DNA from: a virus
Taxonomy: Duplodnaviria > Caudoviricetes
IMG/VR virus record: IMGVR_UViG_3300007670_000008
Coordinates: 1 to 29,712 of that record
Length of the DNA stretch: 29,712 bases
Strand: one strand, 5' to 3'
The position numbers and the translations under genes were made by a program. A model generated the notes under the pieces. The model had not been told where the DNA came from. It searched no databases and saw nothing but the letters and a program-made list of their open reading frames with translations. Below, one piece after another: positions 16,383 to 24,046 of this stretch; the first letter of the stretch is position 1; the number at the start of each line of letters is the position of its first letter.

Positions 16383-18141
16383 TTTACACATTTTAAATTT
16401 ATCGGCATATACATCCCCCGTTATTTCGGAAACTAACCGCGAAAATTGGGTGGACTTTTTAACCGAAGACGGAGACCAATACTTCCAATTTTTAATTGAG
16501 AGATACAGCAACTCAACAACGAACAACGCGATTATTAACAACGTAGCGCGATTAATATACGGCAAAGGACTTAGTGCCCTAGACGCGAATAAAAAGCCAA
16601 ACGAGTACGCACAAATGATGTCTTTGTTCCACAAGGAAGACGTAAGAAAAATGGTGCTGGATAGAAAAATGTTCGGGCAATTTGCGGTTCAAGTACACTA
16701 CAACGACAAGCACGACAAAATACTAAAAACCTACCACATACCTGTTAATTTATTACGAGCAGAAAAATGCGACAAAGACGGAAACATAACAGGTTATTAC
16801 TATTCGGATAATTGGGACGATCCCAAAAAATTCGCACCGATTAGATTTAACGCTTTCGGATACAGCAAAGAAAAAATAGAAATTTTATTTAGTAAGCCTT
16901 ACTCAGTCGGAATGAAATATTATGCCTATCCAGACTATCAAGGAGCAGTACCCTATACGTTGCTTGAGGAAGAAATAGCCGACTATTTAATTAACGAAGT
17001 TCAAAACGGATTTAGTGGTACAAAAGTTGTAAATTTTAACAATGGAATACCGACAGACGAACAACAAAATATTATTTCAAATAAAGTTTTAAGCAAACTA
17101 ACAGGGAGCAGGGGGCAAAAAGTAATAGTGGCATTTAACAACAACGCAGAATCAAAAACAACGGTCGAAGACATACCTTTAAATGACGCGCCAAGCCATT
17201 ATGAATACCTAAGCGATGAATGCTTAAAAAAAATAATGTTAGGCCACAACATAACAAGCCCGCTTTTATTCGGGGTTGCTTCAACAAACGGGTTCAGTTC
17301 AAACGCAGACGAATTAAAAAATTCATCCGTGCTTTTTGACAATATGGTTATTCGACCATTCCAAGAAGAACTACTAGACGCATTCGATAGCATCCTAGCA
17401 TACAACGGCGTTGCTTTAAAATTATTTTTTAGAACGCTACAACCGTTAGAATTTACAGACTTGGAAAACACGCAGAACGCAGAACAAGTTGCTGAAGAAA
17501 CAGGAACAGAATTAAGCGCACACACAAACCCGTTAATTGATTTAGGCGAAGAACCACAAGACAATTGGATTTTAATAGACGAAAAAGAAGTTGACTACAA
17601 TACGGACGATGAAGAAAACGAACTATTAAGTAAAGAACCTAAACAAAGTTTATTAAGTAAAGCAATTAATTTAATTAGCACAGGACAAGCACGACCAAAC
17701 ATAACAAGCGCACAAGATAAGATTATTAAACAAATGAAGTTTATTGTTCGCTATAAATATGTAGGTGCAATAAATGAAAAAACAAGACCCTTTTGTACTC
17801 AAATGATAAGCGCAAATAAAGTTTATCGCAAAGAAGATATTTTAGCAATGGGCGATGTTGCAGTAAATGAAGGATGGGGGGCAAAAGGCGCATCAACGTA
17901 TTCAATATGGTTATATAAAGGCGGTGGAAATTGCTATCATCGTTGGAATAAACAAGTTTATGTTGTTCCTTTAGGAAAAGGAATTAATATAAATGAAGCA
18001 AAAAAAATAGGACAATTAAAAGCCGCGATAAGCGGATACATAGTAAGCAACCCAGAACTTGTAGCAAAGCGACCAGTTGACATGGATAACTACGGATTTT
18101 TACCAAGCAACCCACAGAAACCAAGAGTAATAACACGATAA
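16375..18141 (+). CDS. Portal protein with C-terminal MuF-like Cys/His domain
   Basis: Portal-like N-terminal ~365 aa (YYAYPDY, IMLGHNITSPLLFG, VIRPFQ), acidic linker, then RYKY..TRPFC..GGGNCYHRW. Confidence 0.75.
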   Translation: MSNLHILNLSAYTSPVISETNRENWVDFLTEDGDQYFQFLIERYSNSTTNNAIINNVARLIYGKGLSALDANKKPNEYAQMMSLFHKEDVRKMVLDRKMFGQFAVQVHYNDKHDKILKTYHIPVNLLRAEKCDKDGNITGYYYSDNWDDPKKFAPIRFNAFGYSKEKIEILFSKPYSVGMKYYAYPDYQGAVPYTLLEEEIADYLINEVQNGFSGTKVVNFNNGIPTDEQQNIISNKVLSKLTGSRGQKVIVAFNNNAESKTTVEDIPLNDAPSHYEYLSDECLKKIMLGHNITSPLLFGVASTNGFSSNADELKNSSVLFDNMVIRPFQEELLDAFDSILAYNGVALKLFFRTLQPLEFTDLENTQNAEQVAEETGTELSAHTNPLIDLGEEPQDNWILIDEKEVDYNTDDEENELLSKEPKQSLLSKAINLISTGQARPNITSAQDKIIKQMKFIVRYKYVGAINEKTRPFCTQMISANKVYRKEDILAMGDVAVNEGWGAKGASTYSIWLYKGGGNCYHRWNKQVYVVPLGKGININEAKKIGQLKAAISGYIVSNPELVAKRPVDMDNYGFLPSNPQKPRVITR

Positions 18142-18641
18142 TGGCAGAAGCACTATTAATAACACGGCAGGATATAGTTAAGTTCACATCACTAAACGGA
18201 AATGTGGACGTGGATAATTTTATACAATATATCAAAATCGCCCAAGATACAGACCTGCAAAATTTCACAGGAACGCAGTTACTAAACAAGATAAAAGCGG
18301 ACATAGTAGCAAATACTTTAACAGGCAATTATTTAACGCTTACAACGACTTATTTAAAGCCGATGCTTATTCATTTAGCAATGAAGTATTATTTGCCATT
18401 TGCGGCTTACACGATAAGCAACAAAGGAGTATATAAACACAATTCGGAAAACAGCACAACCGCAGACAAAAACGAAATAGACTTTTTAATTGAGAAAGAA
18501 ACGCAAATAGCGCAACACTACACGCAGCGATTTATTGACTACATAACTTTAAATACTAGTTTGTTCCCAGAATACAGCACAAACAGCAATAGCGATATGT
18601 TCCCAGACACAAACAACAATTACACAGGATGGTACATTTAA
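18141..18641 (+). CDS. Putative head-tail adaptor
   Basis: 166 aa helical; IKIAQD..LLNKI, YLKPMLIH; coupled to portal. Confidence 0.6.
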   Translation: MAEALLITRQDIVKFTSLNGNVDVDNFIQYIKIAQDTDLQNFTGTQLLNKIKADIVANTLTGNYLTLTTTYLKPMLIHLAMKYYLPFAAYTISNKGVYKHNSENSTTADKNEIDFLIEKETQIAQHYTQRFIDYITLNTSLFPEYSTNSNSDMFPDTNNNYTGWYI

Positions 18642-18715
18642 AAACTTACAAACCAAAAGAAGTCAACATAGTTAAATTAAAGACTTATTTAAAAAAAATA
18701 GAAAATGGCAAATAG
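18629..18715 (+). CDS. Possible 28-aa basic peptide
   Basis: MVHLKTYKPKEVNIVKLKTYLKKIENGK bridges two genes and overlaps both. Confidence 0.3.
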   Translation: MVHLKTYKPKEVNIVKLKTYLKKIENGK

Positions 18716-19406
18716 TAACGGGTGGGGAGACGGAGCCGCAAACAACACAATCGGATGGGGCAAAGGCGCGACCAATTTAATTAATTGGGGAAAATCACAT
18801 TTTTTATCTTGGGCGGGTTTAACTGATATTGTAGGAGTAACCGCAGGCGGAACAGCACCTGTTAATACCGTAGCACCTGTAGTTTCATTTAACAATCTTA
18901 ATGTTGGAGATGTACTTACAACTACAAACGGAACTTGGAGCGGTTCACCAACAAGTTTTACTTATCAATGGTATAATGTTTCATTAGGAGATGATATAGT
19001 AGGGGCAACAAATAACACTTATACTTTACTTATTGCAGACGCAGATATGGAGATAAATTGTAAAGTCTTTGGAACTAATGCCGTAGGCACGGGACAAGGT
19101 GATAGTAATGTTATTGTAACAAACTTTTTAGCACCACCTTTAAATTATTCTGAACCCGAGTTATCAACCGAAAATATAAATGTTGGAGGCACGATTAGTA
19201 TTCTTTGGAATCTTTGGAACGGAAACCCTATACCAACTTTAACGTATAAATGGTATCGGGACGGAGTTCACCAAACACCACATACGGCAAGTACTTATTT
19301 AACAGCAAATCACGACTCGGGAAAATATATTACCGTAGAAGTAATAGGAACAAACTCGCAAGGTTCAAGTTCAGTATTTGGTATAAATGCTTGTTACGTT
19401 AATTAA
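18705..19406 (+). CDS. Virion protein with two Ig-like repeats
   Basis: N-terminal GWG repeats; two repeats APxN..P..VG..L....W.G.P...TY.WY. Confidence 0.7.
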   Translation: MANSNGWGDGAANNTIGWGKGATNLINWGKSHFLSWAGLTDIVGVTAGGTAPVNTVAPVVSFNNLNVGDVLTTTNGTWSGSPTSFTYQWYNVSLGDDIVGATNNTYTLLIADADMEINCKVFGTNAVGTGQGDSNVIVTNFLAPPLNYSEPELSTENINVGGTISILWNLWNGNPIPTLTYKWYRDGVHQTPHTASTYLTANHDSGKYITVEVIGTNSQGSSSVFGINACYVN

Positions 19407-19413
19407 ATATAAA

Positions 19414-19578
19414 ATGAAAAGTAACTATTTAGCAGGTTTATATTTTATAGCAGGGTTTTTAACTTCGTTTTCTTTGATTTGTCAAGGCACAGAATTATAC
19501 ATTAATTTGGCAGGGATTACTTTATTTTTTTATTTAACTTTCAGTTTGACGGAAGCACTCGAAGATTTAGGATTATGA
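19414..19578 (+). CDS. Small two-TM membrane protein
   Basis: 54 aa with two hydrophobic stretches; ATGA overlap with holin. Confidence 0.55.
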   Translation: MKSNYLAGLYFIAGFLTSFSLICQGTELYINLAGITLFFYLTFSLTEALEDLGL

Positions 19579-20036
19579 GAACACAATTATTTTTATTACT
19601 TTATTCAATTAAAAATTCAGCGTTGAAACTTTTAACTATTTGTTTTTCTTTTTTCTTACCTATTAGCGGAATACTTGGGCTTTTATTAGTTTTGATTTTA
19701 GCAGACACCGCGACAGGAATATGGAAAGCAAAACACCAGAAACAACAAATTACATCCCGCAAACTTTCTGCAATAATTTCTAAATTATTACTTTACGAAC
19801 TGACCGTAATACTTTTTTATTTAATAGACTATTTTATTTTAAATCAAATAATTTTAACGTTTTTTTCTGTTCCATTAATGCTAACAAAAGTGCTATCGTT
19901 GATTTTGGCAAGCATCGAAATAATGAGCATAAACGAAAATTACAAAGCAGTTAAATCAATAGACCTATGGCAGTCGGCAAAATTATTATTTGCGCGAGCG
20001 AAAGAAGTTAAAGACAACCTAAACAAATTAAAATGA
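19575..20036 (+). CDS. Holin
   Basis: Multiple TM segments; DTATGIWKA..ITSRKL and EIMSINEN motifs; upstream of endolysin. Confidence 0.8.
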   Translation: MRTQLFLLLYSIKNSALKLLTICFSFFLPISGILGLLLVLILADTATGIWKAKHQKQQITSRKLSAIISKLLLYELTVILFYLIDYFILNQIILTFFSVPLMLTKVLSLILASIEIMSINENYKAVKSIDLWQSAKLLFARAKEVKDNLNKLK

Positions 20037-20467
20037 ATTTAAGCGCACACGTTACACTTGCAGAATTTCAAAGTTCACCGACAGCAACAACACACGGAAT
20101 AAACAACCAGATGAACGAGTCGCAAATTGCGTCCGCAAAACTTTTGTGTGAAAACGTATTCGAACCTTTGAGAATTCACTTAAACACACCGATTAAAATT
20201 AGTTCGGGTTTTCGCAGCACACAATTAAATAAAATGATCAAAGGAAGTTCAACGAGCCAGCATTGCAAAGGCGAAGCGATGGACATTAAAATAGGAGCAA
20301 AGGGTTTTAATTTTATTAAAGATAAATTAGAGTTCGATCAATTAATCTGGGAATTTGGAAACGAAGAAAACCCGCAGTGGGTACATGTTAGTTATAGCAA
20401 AAGAAACAGGAAACAAGTATTAAAAGCAACCAAAAAAAATGGCAAAACTATTTATTCTAATTACTAG
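20033..20467 (+). CDS. Endolysin, peptidase M15A family
   Basis: ISSGFRS, SQHCKGEAMD, WVHVSY zinc-peptidase motifs. Confidence 0.9.
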   Translation: MNLSAHVTLAEFQSSPTATTHGINNQMNESQIASAKLLCENVFEPLRIHLNTPIKISSGFRSTQLNKMIKGSSTSQHCKGEAMDIKIGAKGFNFIKDKLEFDQLIWEFGNEENPQWVHVSYSKRNRKQVLKATKKNGKTIYSNY

Positions 20468-20888
20468 CATTTTACTTTATTCGTGTTCGGCACAATACCA
20501 TTTGAACAAAGCAATAAAGAAGGGTTACGTTTGCGAGGATATTTCGGACACTTTAACGATCACAAAATTAGACAGCGTATTAATTACAAAGTTTGACACC
20601 ACATACTACGAAACTTTTTTAAAGACTTTCGACACCATAGTGCAATGGAAAACCGAGTACATCCCAAAAACCAGATTAGACAAAAAAATAGAATACCGCA
20701 TAAAGATTAAAACAATCTACAAAGACAGGATCGTAGAAAAAGCAAAGGCACGTGCGGAAGGCCAAAAGGCAAAATCAGAAGTTAAAAAAAACCGCCCAAA
20801 AGGAAATTTAAATCTTTTATTCGTTGGTGTTGGAATTGGATTATTACTTTCGTTTCTTTGGAAGTACGCAAAACAATCATTAATATAA
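20439..20888 (+). CDS. Candidate unimolecular spanin
   Basis: Lipoprotein signal ending LYSC plus C-terminal TM LLFVGVGIGLLLSFLW; follows endolysin. Confidence 0.6.
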   Translation: MAKLFILITSILLYSCSAQYHLNKAIKKGYVCEDISDTLTITKLDSVLITKFDTTYYETFLKTFDTIVQWKTEYIPKTRLDKKIEYRIKIKTIYKDRIVEKAKARAEGQKAKSEVKKNRPKGNLNLLFVGVGIGLLLSFLWKYAKQSLI

Positions 20889-20895
20889 ATTTTTT

Positions 20896-21933
20896 ATGAA
20901 AAACACCAGCGCAAGGTTTCGACTTAAACAGGACGAAATCCAAATGCTTATGCAATATCGCGGAATAAAAAACGCAACCGATGAAGCAGGAGTAGACGAC
21001 AAAGATGTAAAACACGGATGGCTCAAAACAAAAGACGCAAGTTTATTTTTTAAAAACCCAAACTTTAAACAGGAAGAACTAAACGCGATCCAAAAAATAA
21101 AAGACGAATGCATAAGCGAGGTTAAAAAATACGCACCGAAATACCGAAGCATAGAAACAATTAAAAGCGAGGATACGCATTTATTAGTTATAGACATTGC
21201 AGACCTTCACATAGGCAAACTAGCAACAGCATTCGAAACAGGCGAAGACTACAACAGCCAGATAGCGGTTAAACGCGCAAAAGACGGCCTACAAGGAATC
21301 CTAAACAAAGCGAAAGGATTTAATATAGACAAAGTTTTATTTGTAGCAGGGAACGACATACTACACACCGACAACACCAGACGAACCACCACAGGTGGAA
21401 CACCGCAGGATACAGACGGAATGTGGTACGATAATTTTTTAATGGCTAAAAATCTATACATTGAACTTTTAGAAAAATTAGTTAGTTTTGCAGACGTTGA
21501 AGTTGTCTACAACCCAAGCAACCACGATCTAACGCACGGCTTCTTTTTAATGCAATTAATAGAAGCACACTTTGCTAATTCAACGATCACATTTAATGTT
21601 AATTTGCTACACCGCAAAGCATTTAAGTACGGAAACAACTTGATAGGAACCACGCACGGAGACGGAGCGAAAACAGAAAACCTGCCTTTATTATTAGCAA
21701 CCGAGTTCCCAATTTTATGGAGCGAAACAAAACACAGGTATATATACAGCCACCACGTACACCATAAAACAAGCAAAGATTTTATAGGTTGCACGTTTGA
21801 AACTTTGCGCAGCCCTTCTGGGAGCGACAGTTGGCACCACAAAAACGGATACACAGGCGTACCGAAAGCCGTTGAAGGATACATCCACCATAAAGAATTT
21901 GGCCAGATTGCACGCTTAACTCATATTTTTTAA
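20896..21933 (+). CDS. Calcineurin-like metallophosphoesterase
   Basis: DLHIG, GNDILHTD, SNHD, HGD, HHVHH motifs. Confidence 0.85.
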   Translation: MKNTSARFRLKQDEIQMLMQYRGIKNATDEAGVDDKDVKHGWLKTKDASLFFKNPNFKQEELNAIQKIKDECISEVKKYAPKYRSIETIKSEDTHLLVIDIADLHIGKLATAFETGEDYNSQIAVKRAKDGLQGILNKAKGFNIDKVLFVAGNDILHTDNTRRTTTGGTPQDTDGMWYDNFLMAKNLYIELLEKLVSFADVEVVYNPSNHDLTHGFFLMQLIEAHFANSTITFNVNLLHRKAFKYGNNLIGTTHGDGAKTENLPLLLATEFPILWSETKHRYIYSHHVHHKTSKDFIGCTFETLRSPSGSDSWHHKNGYTGVPKAVEGYIHHKEFGQIARLTHIF

Positions 21934-21941
21934 TATCTTTG
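21934..21941 (+). promoter_or_regulatory. -7 promoter box preceding a short non-coding unit
   Basis: TATCTTTG matches TAnnTTTG; nearest TTG is 23 nt upstream rather than 19. Confidence 0.45.
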
Positions 21942-21943
21942 TA

Positions 21944-21994
21944 TTTCATAGTTAGTTTTAAAGGCGGGAGTTAGAAGCAACCGCCTTTTTTTTT
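21944..21994 (+). ncRNA. Candidate small RNA antisense to early-gene start regions
   Basis: TTTCATAGTTAGTTTTAAA is the reverse complement of TTTAAAACTAACTATGAAA; bounded by -7 box and terminator. Confidence 0.5.
21960..21994 (+). terminator. Rho-independent terminator ending late region
   Basis: AAAGGCGG..CCGCCTTT stem then T9. Confidence 0.85.
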
Positions 21995-22370
21995 GTCACA
22001 AATATTCACAATAAACGGGACGGATCCGATTTGCTTACTTTGTATTTACAACTAAAATCTAAACCCAGACTTTAGATTTGTCTAGTTTTTTACACCAAAA
22101 ACGTGACATTTTTAAGGCTATAACCTTAACAACAGCAAAGACTTTAAGGTTTTAACCTGTCAGAAACCCCGAATTATTATAATATTTAGCGAACACTATC
22201 CCTAATTATGTTACATTTTTAAGCAAAAATTACCCTTGTTATATGTTTTTGCTTTGCACAAGGGTGTAATTTGCCCTTGTTCTTATTTAGAATGAATATT
22301 GATAAGGTTTTTTTCTATTCAGAAAGCCCAATAAACACAAGGGTTTAAAAAAATAATCAAAAATAAGTTA
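21995..22370. other. Longest non-coding region, dense in short palindromes
   Basis: Inverted repeats at 22055-79, 22112-29, 22147-58, 22221-54, 22232-65, 22258-80. Confidence 0.7.
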
Positions 22371-22420
22371 AAAATAAATGTTAAAAAGTATTGCAGTTTT
22401 AAACAAAGTGCGTATATTTG
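22371..22420 (+). promoter_or_regulatory. Early promoter 1 (host sigma)
   Basis: TTG(22391)-N19-TATATTTG(22413); upstream 26 nt nearly identical to 23321.. Confidence 0.85.
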
Positions 22421-22443
22421 TCAAACAAAAACAAACAAACACT

Positions 22444-22605
22444 ATGAAAACACGAAACGAAATTTTAGACTTCTTGGAAGCACAGCAACAAGAGAACAAC
22501 CAGAACACAAATCAACTGCACTTGATTATTCAAACCTTGACTACATTTTTAGAAGACGATCAACTACAGGAAATAGAAAATTTATTTAACCAATTTAAAA
22601 ACTAG
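22444..22605 (+). CDS. Small early hypothetical protein
   Basis: MKTRNEILDFLE..; first ATG after promoter. Confidence 0.65.
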   Translation: MKTRNEILDFLEAQQQENNQNTNQLHLIIQTLTTFLEDDQLQEIENLFNQFKN

Positions 22606-22610
22606 AAACT

Positions 22611-22820
22611 ATGAACATGAGTTACTGCCGATTTCAAAACACATTACTAGACCTACAAGATTGCTACGACAACTTGCCAGACGGAAACCTATCACATGCA
22701 GAATCCAGAGCATTTGCAGAATTAGTGGCACTGGCCAAAGACATCGCCGAAACATACGAGGATCTCGATTATTACCAATTAAAAGATTTAGCAATAGAAA
22801 ATTATAGAGACGAACAATAA
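22611..22820 (+). CDS. Small acidic early hypothetical protein
   Basis: MNMSYCRFQNTLLDLQDC..; flanked by 18-bp direct repeats. Confidence 0.7.
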   Translation: MNMSYCRFQNTLLDLQDCYDNLPDGNLSHAESRAFAELVALAKDIAETYEDLDYYQLKDLAIENYRDEQ

Positions 22821-22840
22821 ACAACTTAAAACTAGAAACT

Positions 22841-22963
22841 ATGAAAAAAGAAACAAGGATCACCAGAACAAGAGAGCAACTACAAATGTCGATATTAAAG
22901 CACGGACATCGGCACTCAAAAACAATTCAATTATTAATTAAATTAAACAACATAAAAAAATAA
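22841..22963 (+). CDS. Small basic early protein (40 aa)
   Basis: Same leader as 22611; MKKETRITRTREQLQMSILKHG.. Confidence 0.5.
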   Translation: MKKETRITRTREQLQMSILKHGHRHSKTIQLLIKLNNIKK

Positions 22964-22967
22964 GACC

Positions 22968-23129
22968 ATGAAAGATTACAGAATTGAATACCAAGACAAA
23001 GACCAGAACGAATTGTTCATAGGCATTGTAACAGCAGTAGACCTGCAAGACGCAACAGACTACGCAAACAAATTATTTGCAGAAACCAAACTAAATGATT
23101 TATATACTTTTGTAATAACTGAACTATGA
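22968..23129 (+). CDS. Small early protein (53 aa)
   Basis: MKDYRIEYQDKDQNELF..; ATGA coupling to next gene. Confidence 0.6.
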   Translation: MKDYRIEYQDKDQNELFIGIVTAVDLQDATDYANKLFAETKLNDLYTFVITEL

Positions 23130-23263
23130 AAAATTTAATCAACTACTTTACACCAGCGACCGAAGAACACAAATCGTTTTTAAGGCACTTTTTAGGCACT
23201 CTAACGGCTTTTATTCTGTTGGGTGGTATGTTTTACTGTTTGATGTATTTAAAAACGATTTAA
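23126..23263 (+). CDS. Small membrane protein (45 aa)
   Basis: MKNLINYFTP..FLGTLTAFILLGGMFYCLMYL; one TM. Confidence 0.55.
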   Translation: MKNLINYFTPATEEHKSFLRHFLGTLTAFILLGGMFYCLMYLKTI

Positions 23264-23320
23264 GGGGCACTTTATTAACTAATAAAAAGTAATTAACTTT
23301 TAATTGTGTAAAACTTTAAA

Positions 23321-23370
23321 AAAATAAATGTTAAAAAGTCTTGCAGTTATTAAAATAAGTATTATATTTG
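23321..23370 (+). promoter_or_regulatory. Early promoter 2 (host sigma)
   Basis: TTG(23341)-N19-TATATTTG(23363). Confidence 0.85.
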
Positions 23371-23402
23371 TATAGAATTAAAAACAAACAAAAACTAACA
23401 AC

Positions 23403-23516
23403 ATGAAAACAACGACAAACAAAATTAAAATTAAGGTTCAAAGATTTGGAAACGTTATTATAACACAGACCATCCAAAACAAAGTAATAATAAAGACAGA
23501 AGTTAAACACATTTAA
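23403..23516 (+). CDS. Small early protein (37 aa)
   Basis: First ATG after promoter 2 with A-rich leader. Confidence 0.45.
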   Translation: MKTTTNKIKIKVQRFGNVIITQTIQNKVIIKTEVKHI

Positions 23517-23526
23517 AAATAACGAC

Positions 23527-23709
23527 ATGGAAACAAGAGCAATTTTAGATTTTTTTGAAGAAAACAACTGCGAAATTAGTATGTATTTAATAGGATGTTA
23601 TCTGAATTTTGATATTTATAGCAAAGTTTCAGGGACATGGATTTTAACTGATGCTAACGACTTTATGTTAAAAGAATTTTATTTAAAATGTATAACACCA
23701 AAAAACTAA
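23527..23709 (+). CDS. Small early hypothetical protein
   Basis: 60-aa ORF METRAILDFFEE.. Confidence 0.55.
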   Translation: METRAILDFFEENNCEISMYLIGCYLNFDIYSKVSGTWILTDANDFMLKEFYLKCITPKN

Positions 23710-23713
23710 CAAA

Positions 23714-24046
23714 ATGGAGAATAGAAATTTAGGAGTATGGAACAGGGGCTGGGAATTATTATACGAATTTGCAGGCTGGCAATTTTCGATCGCAGGGACT
23801 TGGGAGTTCAACGATTGGGACGAAGTGAGCGAATACGCATTTATAGAACTTGACGTAGAAGTGAGCGAAAAATGGATAATTGAAACGGACGACCACTTAC
23901 AGCCGCACGTTTTAGGGGTTCGTCTTTTGGAAGATTTGAGACTTGAAATGCAGGAAATAATAAACAGCGATCTAGCAAATTATAATTTTTGGGAATGGAA
24001 GACAAGCAACGATGACTCAAACTATAATTTTTACCACGAACTATGA
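23714..24046 (+). CDS. Acidic Trp-rich hypothetical protein
   Basis: 110-aa ORF, ATGA coupling. Confidence 0.7.
   Translation: MENRNLGVWNRGWELLYEFAGWQFSIAGTWEFNDWDEVSEYAFIELDVEVSEKWIIETDDHLQPHVLGVRLLEDLRLEMQEIINSDLANYNFWEWKTSNDDSNYNFYHEL

Noticed and set aside
21995-22370. CRISPR mini-array or tRNA in the non-coding region
   Set aside because: No regularly spaced identical repeats and no cloverleaf or T-loop motif seen
22378-22443. Upstream start for ORF 22378..22605
   Set aside because: Overlaps the promoter boxes; ATG 22444 fits
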